From an uncultured Lachnospiraceae bacterium (GTDB taxonomy: Bacteria > Bacillota > Clostridia > Lachnospirales > Lachnospiraceae): DNA of 64,000 nt. Every line of letters starts with the position of its first letter. Within the stretch, counting starts at the first letter, position 1. Made by a program: the position numbers and the translations under genes. The stretch covers positions 6,602 to 70,601 of the forward strand of contig CAZJCV010000004.1 in NCBI GenBank assembly GCA_964544535.1, written 5' to 3'. The notes beneath the pieces were generated by a model. That model searched no databases. It was not told where the DNA came from and saw nothing but the letters and a program-made list of their open reading frames with translations. Shown one piece after another: positions 8,575 through 18,231 of the stretch.

Positions 8575-11019
8575 ATGAAGAAAGTTGAAATTTTATCGCC
8601 AGCAGGCTCGATAGAAAGCCTGCAAGCTGGAATTGCAGCAGATTGTGATGCTATTTATATAGGAGGAAGCAAATTTGGAGCTAGAGCTTATGCTGATAAC
8701 CCTGACAAAGACATGTTACTTCAGGCCATAGACTATACTCATTTACATGATAAAAAATTGTACTTAACTATTAACACTTTACTTAAAAATAATGAATTAA
8801 AAGAAGAATTATATGATTATTTATATAAATATTATATTTATGGAATTGATGCCGTAATTGTTCAAGATATGGGAGCTTTACATTTTATTCATAATAACTT
8901 TCCTAACTTGCCCATACATGCAAGTACTCAAATGACACTTACCATGGCCGAGGGTGCAAATGTTTTAAAAGATTATGGTGTCACTAGATTTGTACCTTCA
9001 AGAGAGTTAAGCATGGAAGAAATAAAAGATATTAGAAGAAAAACGGACTTAGAAATAGAAGTATTTATTCATGGTGCGCTTTGTTATTCTTATTCAGGCC
9101 AGTGCTTAATGTCTAGTATGTTTGGAGGAAGAAGTGGTAACAGAGGTAGATGTGCTCAACCTTGTAGGATGCCTTATGCTTTAGGGACTAATGATAAAGC
9201 AAAATATATTATTAGTCCAAAAGATATTTGTAGTCTAGATTTAATCCCAGATTTAATGGACACAGGAATCGATTCCTTTAAAATTGAAGGTCGCATGAAG
9301 CGTCCAGAATATACCGCTATTACAACTTATACTTATAGAAAGTATGTGGATAAATATTTAGACTTAGGTAGAGAAAAATACGAAAGATATATAAGTGATA
9401 ATAAAAAAGAATATAATCAAGATAAGATAAATTTGCTGGATATTTACAACAGGGGTGGATTCTCTAAGGGGTATTTTTATAATAGAAATGGTAGAAGTAT
9501 GATTACATTAGATAAGCCTAATCATAGTGGAGTCTTAGTTGGTTCTGTTTCTAAAGTAGATAAGAGCCATGTTTGGATTGAGCTCAAAGAGGATGTAAAC
9601 AAAGGTGATGTTCTTAAAATCGTAGGAAGTAAGAAAAACACTTTAAATAATGAGCTAGAAAGTTACTCACAAAACAATAACTATGAATACACTACAGGAG
9701 TAGAACAAAAATCAGGTTCAATAATCAGTAGTAAATATGATAGAAGAGTTTATTTAAAAGAAGGAGATTTAGTCTTTAGGATTAGAAATAACAAATTAAT
9801 AAATTGTATTAATGATAAGTTTATTAAAAAAGAGCCCAAGATTTTAATTGATGCAATAGTTGATGTTAATGTGGGGGAAAAACTGAAGATAGAACTAAGA
9901 AGTGGCGATATAGTATCTAGATATACTGGACCAATAATTGAAGAGGCTTTGAATCAGCCAATGTCTTATGAAAAAATTAAGAAACAAATCATGAAAATTA
10001 ATGATACTAATTTCAATTTTAATAATTTGGATATTAATATAAAAGGCCAAGCATTTATAGCAGTAAGTAAACTAAATGAGGCTAGAAGAAATGCTATAGA
10101 AAAGCATGAAAATGATTTAATAGCTAGATTTCATAGAAAGACTAATTTAAAAAGAGAAGAAGTAAAGGAATATAGTAGAAAAAAGATCAGTACTAGTAAT
10201 AGTAAAATAGGAATTCACACACTAATTCATACTGAAGAACAACTGTATGAAGTGGCTATCCATCCTGAAGTTTCGGCGGTCTATATAGATAGTGACATTT
10301 CAAGCCTTGATCAAATCTTTAAATATTTTACTTATATAAAAAAGACAGGGAAAAAAGCATATCTTTATATGCCACATATATTCCGTAAAAGAAGTTATGA
10401 GTATTTTTTAAACCACTTGCAGGAAGATAAAAACATATTAAATCATAATGATATAGATGGTTATGTTATTCGTAACTTGGAGGAATACAGTTTTTTGACT
10501 AAGCATCATAAATTTAATGAGTCTAGTAAAGAAATAATAACAGACTACAATCTTTATGTTATGAATGAAAAAGCAATGTTAATGTGGAAGGAACTAGGTG
10601 TAGCTAATCTTACGGCACCCTTAGAACTTAATAGGCATGAATTATTGGATTTAAAGGGCATATATGAAAACATAATTGTTTATGCTAGAATACCTTTAAT
10701 GGTTACTGCCCAATGTCTAGAAAAGACAGCAAGTAATATTCAATTAGTTGATCGTCAAAATGTAAAGTTTCCAGTAAAAAGAAACTGCAGACATTGCTAT
10801 AATACAATATATAATAGTTTACCCTTATCTTTGCTAAAAAACGCTACAGAGATATTAGATATGAAAGCTAAAAATATTAGACTAGATTTTACCATAGAGA
10901 CAAAAGAAGAAACAAGTTTAATATTAAGTAAGTTTATTCAAGCTTATTATTATGGAGACTTGTCTATAAAAGCTTTAAAAGATACAACTCGTGGTCACTT
11001 TAATCGTGGGATAAAATAA
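8575..11019 (+). CDS. Peptidase U32 family protein (long form)
   Basis: The 814-aa product has a U32 signature region (E.FIHGALCYSYSGQCLMSS...GRSGNRGRCAQPCR) and a second U32-like C-terminal half. The SD AAGAGGAG precedes the start. Confidence 0.85.
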   Translation: MKKVEILSPAGSIESLQAGIAADCDAIYIGGSKFGARAYADNPDKDMLLQAIDYTHLHDKKLYLTINTLLKNNELKEELYDYLYKYYIYGIDAVIVQDMGALHFIHNNFPNLPIHASTQMTLTMAEGANVLKDYGVTRFVPSRELSMEEIKDIRRKTDLEIEVFIHGALCYSYSGQCLMSSMFGGRSGNRGRCAQPCRMPYALGTNDKAKYIISPKDICSLDLIPDLMDTGIDSFKIEGRMKRPEYTAITTYTYRKYVDKYLDLGREKYERYISDNKKEYNQDKINLLDIYNRGGFSKGYFYNRNGRSMITLDKPNHSGVLVGSVSKVDKSHVWIELKEDVNKGDVLKIVGSKKNTLNNELESYSQNNNYEYTTGVEQKSGSIISSKYDRRVYLKEGDLVFRIRNNKLINCINDKFIKKEPKILIDAIVDVNVGEKLKIELRSGDIVSRYTGPIIEEALNQPMSYEKIKKQIMKINDTNFNFNNLDINIKGQAFIAVSKLNEARRNAIEKHENDLIARFHRKTNLKREEVKEYSRKKISTSNSKIGIHTLIHTEEQLYEVAIHPEVSAVYIDSDISSLDQIFKYFTYIKKTGKKAYLYMPHIFRKRSYEYFLNHLQEDKNILNHNDIDGYVIRNLEEYSFLTKHHKFNESSKEIITDYNLYVMNEKAMLMWKELGVANLTAPLELNRHELLDLKGIYENIIVYARIPLMVTAQCLEKTASNIQLVDRQNVKFPVKRNCRHCYNTIYNSLPLSLLKNATEILDMKAKNIRLDFTIETKEETSLILSKFIQAYYYGDLSIKALKDTTRGHFNRGIK

Positions 11020-11032
11020 AGAGGTATAACTT

Positions 11033-12373
11033 ATGAACTTTATGATTACCAATATTTCAAAATATATAACAATTATTTTTATTGCAATCTATACTTATTA
11101 TGGGTTTCGTTCTTTTGCAATAGAAGATGATAAAAAAAGAAAAAAACTATACAATAAAATGGTTTTTATAATATTGCTTATCCATTTAATATCTTATTTT
11201 GCTTTATATATTAATATAAAAAACGATAAAATAATTGCTTTATATCTTGCTGAATTAGCTGTTTTTCTTCTAACATTTTTTTTATATCAGTGGGTATATC
11301 CAAACTTATCAAGACTACTTTTAAACAATGTAATGATATTTATTATGACAGGTTTAGTTGTTTTAACAAGACTGTCATTTGATAAGGCATTAAAGCATTT
11401 TATTTATGTGACTATTGCTTTTACAATAAGCATTTTTATACCTTTGATTATTGCCAAGCTAAAAGTAATTACAAAATTAGGATGGTTATACGTAATATTA
11501 GGTATTTTTGCACTCTTGTCTGTTTCAATTTTTGGCTATAACTATCGTGGAGCGCAAAACTGGATTTCTATATTAGGCTTTTCCTTTCAACCATCAGAAT
11601 TTGTAAAAATTTTATTTGTATTTGCTGTTGCTGGCTTGTTATCATACAGTACAAAGTTTTTGCATATTGTTAAGGTTACATTTTTAGCTGCAATTTATGT
11701 ATTAATTTTAGTATTACAAAAAGATTTAGGTGGGGCCTTAATTTTTTATATTACTTATCTTATGATGTTATATGTCGCATCTAAGAAAGTAATTTATTTT
11801 TTTTCGGGTTTGCTTGCAGGGACAGCAGGTTCTTATGTCGCTTACGGTTTGTTTGGGCACGTAAGAATACGTGTTTTAGCTTGGCAAGATCCATTTCTTG
11901 TAATAGACAATGAAGGGTTCCAAGTTTCTCAATCCTTGTTTGCAATGGGAACAGGTGGATGGTTTGGAATGGGGCTTACACAGGGTATGCCTGAGAGTAT
12001 TCCAATAGTAGATAGTGACTTTATATTTCCAGCTATTTCAGAAGAAATGGGAGGAATATACGCACTTTGTTTGATTTTGATTTTTATAACAACCTTAGTT
12101 TTTTCTTATAATATTTCTTCAAGAATTCAAGGAGGATTTTACAAACTATTAGCTCTTGGACTAACTTCTGTGATTGCATTTCAAGCATTTTTATCAATAG
12201 GAGGAGCCACTAAATTCATTCCATCAACTGGAGTAACATTACCATTTATAAGCTATGGTGGTAGTTCAATATTAAGTTGTATAATAATGTTTGCTATTAT
12301 TCAAGGATTATTTATTTTAAATCAAGATAGGATTGAAAAAAATGAAAAAACAAAACAAAACAAGAAAGAATGA
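11033..12373 (+). CDS. FtsW/RodA/SpoVE (SEDS) family glycosyltransferase with an N-terminal extension of about 90 aa
   Basis: The protein is polytopic with SEDS motifs (QPSEFVKI, DLGGALIF, PESIPIVDSDFIFPAISEEMGG, SYGGSS). It overlaps the downstream bPBP gene. Confidence 0.85.
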   Translation: MNFMITNISKYITIIFIAIYTYYGFRSFAIEDDKKRKKLYNKMVFIILLIHLISYFALYINIKNDKIIALYLAELAVFLLTFFLYQWVYPNLSRLLLNNVMIFIMTGLVVLTRLSFDKALKHFIYVTIAFTISIFIPLIIAKLKVITKLGWLYVILGIFALLSVSIFGYNYRGAQNWISILGFSFQPSEFVKILFVFAVAGLLSYSTKFLHIVKVTFLAAIYVLILVLQKDLGGALIFYITYLMMLYVASKKVIYFFSGLLAGTAGSYVAYGLFGHVRIRVLAWQDPFLVIDNEGFQVSQSLFAMGTGGWFGMGLTQGMPESIPIVDSDFIFPAISEEMGGIYALCLILIFITTLVFSYNISSRIQGGFYKLLALGLTSVIAFQAFLSIGGATKFIPSTGVTLPFISYGGSSILSCIIMFAIIQGLFILNQDRIEKNEKTKQNKKE

Positions 12374-13718
12374 TGATTCAACTCAAATAATAGGTGTTGC
12401 TTATATTATGATAGGTTTATTTGCTTTAGTAATAGCCTATTATACTTTTTTTATGTTTGTTAAAAGTGAAGATGTTATAAATAATTCATATAACAAGAGA
12501 CAAGATTTATTGGCGGAACAAATAGTAAGGGGAAGTATTAAATCATCTGATGGAAAAACTCTTGCTAATACGGTTGAAAAAGATGATGGCAAGGAAGAAC
12601 GTATATATCCTTATGGTGATTTGTTTGTTCATGTAATAGGACGTTTTTCTAAAGGAAGGACAGGCGTAGAGTTGAGTGAAAACTTTAGATTACTCACGTC
12701 AAATACTAATGGGCTAAAAAAAATATTTATGGATGTTACGGGTCAAAAAAACATAGGAGATAGTGTTGTAACAACCTTAAATTATGATTTGCAAAAAGCA
12801 GCATATGATGGATTGGCTAATAATAAGGGAGCAATAATTGTTATAGAACCTTCTTCAGGGAAAATTTTAGCAATGGTGTCTAAGCCAACTTATGATCCGA
12901 ATAATATCGACAATATTTGGGACGACGTAAAAGATGATAATAATAAAGCTTTAGTGAATAGGGTTACAAGTGAAGCTTATCCACCAGGTTCAATATTTAA
13001 AATTGCTACTGTTTTAGAATATATTAGAGAAAACCCTAATTATAATAATTATAGCTATGAATGTGATGGAACTTATACAGGTAAATCTACCAAGATTACT
13101 TGTGGAAAAGCTCATGGAACTGTTGATTTAAAAGAGTCATTAGCAGTTTCTTGTAATACATCTCTAGCTAATATAGGTTCAAGCCTATCCGATAAAGCTT
13201 TCAAAAAAACATTGACCTCATTAAAACTTGACACATTTTTACCGGATGATTTAGATTTTAATCATCCTTACACAGCTATAGGACAAGGGGATATAAAGGT
13301 TACTCCTATGCAAATGGCTGAGTTGATTTCGGCTATTGCAAATGGTGGAGTATTAATGACTCCTTATGTAGTGGATCATATTGAAAATGCAGATGGCTTA
13401 AATGTTAAAAAATTTACACCCGAGATTAGTGGAAGAATGCTAGAAACAGGGGAAGCAGAGGTTTTAACAAAGCTTATGTCTGAGGTTATAAATTCAGGAA
13501 CTGCCAAATCCTTAAAAAACGACTTATACTCAGTGGCAGGAAAAACTGGAACAGCAGAGAATAAAATTGACAACAAGGCACATTCATGGTTTGTAGGCTT
13601 TGCAAATACAGACAAACCAGAAATAGCTTTAGTTATAATTGTTGAAAATGCTGGCAGTGGTTCAAAGAATGCAGTTCCAATTGCAAAAGATATATTTGAT
13701 GCATATTATACTAAGTAG
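12333..13718 (+). CDS. Class B penicillin-binding protein (PbpA/PBP2-type transpeptidase)
   Basis: An N-terminal TM anchor is followed by SxxK (PGSIFK), SxN (SCN) and KTG (GKTGTAE) motifs. The start overlaps the end of the SEDS gene by 41 nt. Confidence 0.85.
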   Translation: MKKMKKQNKTRKNDDSTQIIGVAYIMIGLFALVIAYYTFFMFVKSEDVINNSYNKRQDLLAEQIVRGSIKSSDGKTLANTVEKDDGKEERIYPYGDLFVHVIGRFSKGRTGVELSENFRLLTSNTNGLKKIFMDVTGQKNIGDSVVTTLNYDLQKAAYDGLANNKGAIIVIEPSSGKILAMVSKPTYDPNNIDNIWDDVKDDNNKALVNRVTSEAYPPGSIFKIATVLEYIRENPNYNNYSYECDGTYTGKSTKITCGKAHGTVDLKESLAVSCNTSLANIGSSLSDKAFKKTLTSLKLDTFLPDDLDFNHPYTAIGQGDIKVTPMQMAELISAIANGGVLMTPYVVDHIENADGLNVKKFTPEISGRMLETGEAEVLTKLMSEVINSGTAKSLKNDLYSVAGKTGTAENKIDNKAHSWFVGFANTDKPEIALVIIVENAGSGSKNAVPIAKDIFDAYYTK

Positions 13719-13734
13719 TGATGTCTTTATTATC

Positions 13735-13763
13735 TTGAATAATAATTATTAATGTTCTATAAT
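13735..13763 (+). promoter_or_regulatory. Candidate sigma-A promoter for the NUDIX gene (TTGAAT - 17 nt - TATAAT)
   Basis: The hexamers sit at 13735-13740 and 13758-13763. Confidence 0.35.
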
Positions 13764-13815
13764 TATAGAAATTGAGATTGTAAGATAATAAACACCAAGA
13801 ACAGGAGGAATTGCA

Positions 13816-14250
13816 ATGGTTGAAGCAACGAGCTGTGGCGGTGTAGTTATATTCAGAGGAAAGATTTTGCTACTGTATAAAAACTATAAAAACAGATATG
13901 AAGGTTGGGTTTTACCAAAAGGCACAGTGGAAGAAGGGGAAGAGCACAAGGAAACAGCTATAAGAGAAGTAGAAGAAGAGACTAAAGCAAGAGCTTCAAT
14001 AATTAAATATATTGGTAAAAGTCAGTATTCATTCAACACGCCGTATAACAAGGTTGTAAAAGATGTACACTGGTATTTAATGAAAGCTGGGAGTTATTAT
14101 AGTAAACCACAAAAAGAAGAATTCTTCATGGATTCAGGCTACTATAAATATAATGAAGCATATCACTTGTTGAAGTTTAGTAATGAAAAGCAAATATTGG
14201 AAAAGGCATATAAAGAATATGTTGAATTAAAAAGAGATAATATGTGGTAA
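13816..14250 (+). CDS. NUDIX hydrolase
   Basis: The Nudix box reads GWVLPKGTVEEGEEHKETAIREVEEETK. The SD AGGAGG precedes the start. Confidence 0.8.
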   Translation: MVEATSCGGVVIFRGKILLLYKNYKNRYEGWVLPKGTVEEGEEHKETAIREVEEETKARASIIKYIGKSQYSFNTPYNKVVKDVHWYLMKAGSYYSKPQKEEFFMDSGYYKYNEAYHLLKFSNEKQILEKAYKEYVELKRDNMW

Positions 14251-14287
14251 ATTTAAAAGCCGTTTTTACTAGCGTGATATAATAGGC

Positions 14288-14316
14288 TTGCTATTAAAAA
14301 AAAACTATGGTATAAT
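14288..14316 (+). promoter_or_regulatory. Candidate sigma-A promoter for rpsB-tsf (TTGCTA - 17 nt - TGgTATAAT extended -10)
   Basis: The hexamers sit at 14288-14293 and 14311-14316 with a TG at -15/-14. This implies a leader of about 100 nt before rpsB. Confidence 0.5.
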
Positions 14317-14419
14317 TCTCATGTTAAAAAAAACACGTATATTGATTATTAACTTGGTGCCTTAAGTGGTCTGTTAAGTAGTGATATATACGGAAGAAAA
14401 ACCAAATGGAGGAATTAAA

Positions 14420-15169
14420 ATGAGTGTTATAACAATGAAACAATTATTGGAGGCAGGTGTACATTTTGGTCACCAAACTAGAAGATGGAATCCAAAGATG
14501 GCTGAGTACATCTACACAGAGAGAAATGGTATATATATCATTGATCTTCAAAAAACAGTAGGATTGATTGAAAATGCATACAAAGCAGTAAAAGATATTG
14601 TGGCTGATGGTGGAAAGGTTCTATTTGTTGGAACAAAAAAGCAAGCACAAGATTCAATTAAAGCTGAAGCACTTCGATGTGGAATGTTTTATGTAAATGA
14701 AAGATGGTTAGGTGGAATGCTAACTAACTATAATACGATTAAAAGCAGAATTCGTAGATTAAGAGACATTGAAACTATGTCTGAAGATGGAACTTTTGAT
14801 GCCTTACCTAAGAAGGAAGTTATACAACTTAAGAAAGAATGGGATAAACTTGAGAGAAACTTAGGTGGAATCAAAGACATGAATGGCTTACCTGATATAA
14901 TTTATGTTGTAGATACTAAGAAAGAAAGAATATGTATTCAAGAAGCTCACACATTAAAGATACCATTAATAGGTATTGCTGATACAAACTGTGATCCTGA
15001 AGAATTAGATTATGTTATTCCGGGTAATGATGATGCTATAAGAGCACTTAAGTTAATTACTTCTACGATAGCTGATGCAGTTATTGAAGCAAATCAAGGA
15101 GCTCAATTAAATGCAGAAGCAGAAGCAGAAACAAAGGCAGAAACAAAGCCAGAAGAAGTTAAAGCATAA
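14420..15169 (+). CDS. rpsB: 30S ribosomal protein S2
   Basis: The sequence [27 protein letters not shown] is canonical for S2. The ATG at 14420 follows the SD GGAGG. The ORF-track GTG at 14381 is an over-extension. Confidence 0.95.
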   Translation: MSVITMKQLLEAGVHFGHQTRRWNPKMAEYIYTERNGIYIIDLQKTVGLIENAYKAVKDIVADGGKVLFVGTKKQAQDSIKAEALRCGMFYVNERWLGGMLTNYNTIKSRIRRLRDIETMSEDGTFDALPKKEVIQLKKEWDKLERNLGGIKDMNGLPDIIYVVDTKKERICIQEAHTLKIPLIGIADTNCDPEELDYVIPGNDDAIRALKLITSTIADAVIEANQGAQLNAEAEAETKAETKPEEVKA

Positions 15170-15234
15170 TTAAGAGGAAGCAGATACTTCGAATTATAAA
15201 TGTAATTAGTAAATCATATTAATGGAGGTATACA

Positions 15235-16161
15235 ATGAAAATTACAGCTAAAATGGTAAAAGAATTACGTGAAAAAACAGGTGCAGGTATGATGGATTGT
15301 AAAAAGGCTCTTGCTGCAACTGATGGAGATATGGATAAAGCAGTTGATTATCTTAGGGAAAAAGGCCTAGGAGCGGCTGAGAAAAAAGCAGGAAGGATTG
15401 CTGTAGAAGGTGTTGCCGCTGTTAAAGTATCAGAAGATGGCAAGGCTGGAGCTATAGTTGAAATCAATACAGAAACTGATTTTGTTGCTAAAAATGAAAA
15501 GTTTTTAGATTACGTTAATGAAGTAGTTGAACAAGTAAGTAAAACTACAGCTACTGATATAGATGATTTTTTAGCAGAACCTTGGGAACTTGACAATTCT
15601 AAGACTGTTGCCGAAGAATTATCAACACAGATTTCTATTATCGGTGAGAATATGAAGATTAGAAGATTTGATAAAATTACTGCCGACAATGGATTTGTGG
15701 AAGCTTATGTTCATGGTGGTGGAAGAATTGCTGTGTTAGTAGAGATGGAATGTGATGTTGATAACGATACTGTTAGGGAAGCAGCTAAGAATATTGCAAT
15801 GCAAATTGCTGCAATTGCACCAAAGTATCTTAATAGAGATGCAATTCCACAAGAATATATAGAACATGAACAAGAAATATTAAAATCTCAAGCAATGAAT
15901 GAAGACCCTAATAAGCCAGAAAATATTATAGAAAAAATTATTATAGGTCGCCTTAACAAAGAACTAAAAGCTGTATGCCTAGTAGATCAGGAATATGTTA
16001 AAGATTCTGATTTAACAGTGCAAAAATATATTGACAAAGTAGCTAAAGAAGTTGGATCAAATTTTGCAATTAAGAGATTTGTTAGATTTGAAACAGGTGA
16101 AGGGCTTGAGAAAAAAGAAGAAAACTTTGCAGATGAAGTAGCAAAACAAATGAAAAATTAA
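15235..16161 (+). CDS. tsf: Elongation factor Ts
   Basis: The sequence MKITAKMVKELREKTGAGMMDCKKAL is the EF-Ts UBA-like N-terminus. The gene follows rpsB. Confidence 0.95.
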   Translation: MKITAKMVKELREKTGAGMMDCKKALAATDGDMDKAVDYLREKGLGAAEKKAGRIAVEGVAAVKVSEDGKAGAIVEINTETDFVAKNEKFLDYVNEVVEQVSKTTATDIDDFLAEPWELDNSKTVAEELSTQISIIGENMKIRRFDKITADNGFVEAYVHGGGRIAVLVEMECDVDNDTVREAAKNIAMQIAAIAPKYLNRDAIPQEYIEHEQEILKSQAMNEDPNKPENIIEKIIIGRLNKELKAVCLVDQEYVKDSDLTVQKYIDKVAKEVGSNFAIKRFVRFETGEGLEKKEENFADEVAKQMKN

Positions 16162-16182
16162 TCTTTATAATTATTATAACTT

Positions 16183-16226
16183 AAAACCCGCTAATTACAT
16201 TAATTCTGTATTAGTGGGTTTTATAA
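16183..16226 (+). terminator. Rho-independent terminator after tsf
   Basis: The hairpin AAAACCCGCTAAT / ATTAGTGGGTTTT (16183-16222) is followed by a T-rich stretch. Confidence 0.6.
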
Positions 16227-16247
16227 AATATATAAAGGAGAAATTAA

Positions 16248-16931
16248 ATGGAATTACTATATAAGGGAAAAACAAAAGACGTATATGATTTAAAAGATGG
16301 TAGATATCTTCTAAAGTTTAAAGATGATGTAACTGGAAAAGATGGTGTTTTTGATCCAGGAGCTAATACTGTAGGGTTAACAATAGAAGGCGTTGGAAAA
16401 GCTGGGATAAGCATAACAAAGTATTTCTATGAATTGTTTAATCGCAGAGGTATTCCAACTCATTATATTAATGCAGACGTTAAAGATGCTACCATGACTG
16501 TTTTACCAGCCAAAATGTTTGGTAAGGGTGTAGAAGTTATATGCAGATATAGGGCAGTTGGAAGTTTTATAAGAAGATATGGTTTGTATGCGAAAGAAGG
16601 ACAAGTTTTAGATTCTTATGTTGAAGTGACATTAAAGGACGATGAAAGAGAAGACCCTTTAATTACAGATGAAGCATTAGAAATGCTTGGAATTATGACT
16701 AAAGAAGAATATATGATATTGGTGAGGCTAACAAAAGATATAAGTCAAATAATAAAAGATGAGCTTGAGAAGAAGGGCATAGAATTATATGATCTTAAAC
16801 TTGAATTTGGTAGAGTTGGAGAAGATAATCACATTGCTTTAATTGACGAGGTTTCTGGAGGCAATATGAGAGCTTATAAAGATGGAAAAAAGCTTGATCC
16901 TATTGAATTAGAAAAAATCATTTTATCATAA
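16248..16931 (+). CDS. purC: Phosphoribosylaminoimidazole-succinocarboxamide synthase-like protein (divergent PurC)
   Basis: The 227-aa product has a SAICAR-synthase-like N-terminus (LYKGKTKDVYDL...LKFKDDVTGKDG) and a C-terminal LKLEFG...LIDEVS motif. It appears monocistronic, lying between two terminators with no other pur genes nearby. Confidence 0.7.
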   Translation: MELLYKGKTKDVYDLKDGRYLLKFKDDVTGKDGVFDPGANTVGLTIEGVGKAGISITKYFYELFNRRGIPTHYINADVKDATMTVLPAKMFGKGVEVICRYRAVGSFIRRYGLYAKEGQVLDSYVEVTLKDDEREDPLITDEALEMLGIMTKEEYMILVRLTKDISQIIKDELEKKGIELYDLKLEFGRVGEDNHIALIDEVSGGNMRAYKDGKKLDPIELEKIILS

Positions 16932-16953
16932 TATACAGTTAATTATTATAATT

Positions 16954-16999
16954 AAAACTAGACTTGATGAATATCATTAAGGGTAGTTTTAATTTTTTT
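16954..16999 (+). terminator. Rho-independent terminator after the purC-like gene
   Basis: The hairpin AAAACTAGACTTGATGA / TCATTAAGGGTAGTTTT (16954-16990) is followed by TTTTTTT (16993-16999). Confidence 0.5.
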
Positions 17000-17123
17000 G
17001 TTTATTTAACTGTTTTATGTTAAAATTAGAATGATATTTAAATATAATTTTATTATATTTGATATGATTTATTGCTAATATATGATAGAATATATGAAAG
17101 AATATTATAGGGAGGACGTATGA

Positions 17124-18209
17124 TTGGATGAATATAAATCACTAAATCAAAAAGAAACTCCTTTAGATAAAGCAAAAAGAATTAGAAGAATTAAGAAGGC
17201 TATAATTATAATAGTTTTTATGCTAATTATTATACCTATCATTTTAAGCATTGTGCTATTCTTAAAAGTTAATTATTTACAAAAACAAATAGATATGCTT
17301 ATGATTGATAAGTATGACATGACCTATGCAGAAATGAATAATATCAACAAAGGTGTGGTTCATGCATCAGGACCGAGTGATAATAGCAATGAAAGTTTAA
17401 GTAAAGGAACTAATAGCTTAACTATCAGGAAAGAACATAGTTATAAGAAGCGAACTTCTTCCCAAAGGAATGATAACTCTAATTCTATGGTTGACATAAA
17501 GGCAGAAACAGCTTCACAAGGCACACAAGAAGATATAGAAGTTAAAGCAGATGAAGACATCCAAGAATCAAAAAAGAAAAAAGTTTATTTAACCTTTGAT
17601 GATGGGCCAAGTAAAAATACAGCCCAAATCCTGGATATTTTAGACGAGTATGATATTAAAGCTACTTTTTTTGTAGTTGGTAAAACAGATAATTATTCCA
17701 AGGATATTTATAGGAGAATTGTAGATGAAGGTCATAGCTTGGGATTACATTCCTACTCACATAGATATGATTTAATATATGACTCCTTGGACAACTTCAA
17801 ATATGATCTATATAAGTTACAAGATTTCTTATATGATGTAACTGATTATAAAACTAATATATACCGTTTTCCTGGTGGTAGTGGTAATGAAGTTAGTAAA
17901 GAAGATATTAAAGTATTTATAGAATTTTTAAATGAAAACAATATTACATATTTCGATTGGAACGTAATGAATGGAGATGCTTCTAGTGAGGGAGTAACTG
18001 TAGAAGAATCATATAATAATGTTATAAATGGTGTGAAAATATATAGAAATTCAGTTGTATTAATGCATGATACTAATAATAAGGTCAGTACAGTAGAGTC
18101 ACTTCCTCTTATAATTGAAACACTTTTAGAAGATGATTTTGAAATATTACCTTTATCTAATCATGTAAAACCAATACAGCAAATTGAAGCTAATAAAATT
18201 TATGAATAA
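17124..18209 (+). CDS. Membrane-anchored polysaccharide deacetylase (NodB/CE4 family)
   Basis: A TTG start lies 8 nt after GGAGG. The protein has an N-terminal TM helix, an S/N-rich linker, and NodB motifs YLTFDDGPS and GLHSYSH. Confidence 0.8.
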   Translation: MDEYKSLNQKETPLDKAKRIRRIKKAIIIIVFMLIIIPIILSIVLFLKVNYLQKQIDMLMIDKYDMTYAEMNNINKGVVHASGPSDNSNESLSKGTNSLTIRKEHSYKKRTSSQRNDNSNSMVDIKAETASQGTQEDIEVKADEDIQESKKKKVYLTFDDGPSKNTAQILDILDEYDIKATFFVVGKTDNYSKDIYRRIVDEGHSLGLHSYSHRYDLIYDSLDNFKYDLYKLQDFLYDVTDYKTNIYRFPGGSGNEVSKEDIKVFIEFLNENNITYFDWNVMNGDASSEGVTVEESYNNVINGVKIYRNSVVLMHDTNNKVSTVESLPLIIETLLEDDFEILPLSNHVKPIQQIEANKIYE

Positions 18210-18231
18210 TACACGCAAGGAGAAGAATCAT

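Noticed and set aside
17080-17110. A dif-like string TAGAATATAT (17086-17095), resembling the centre of the B. subtilis dif site.
   Set aside because: Only about 10 nt match, and the flanking Xer-binding arm (…TATTATGTAAACT) is absent. The region is plausibly just the AT-rich promoter of the deacetylase gene.
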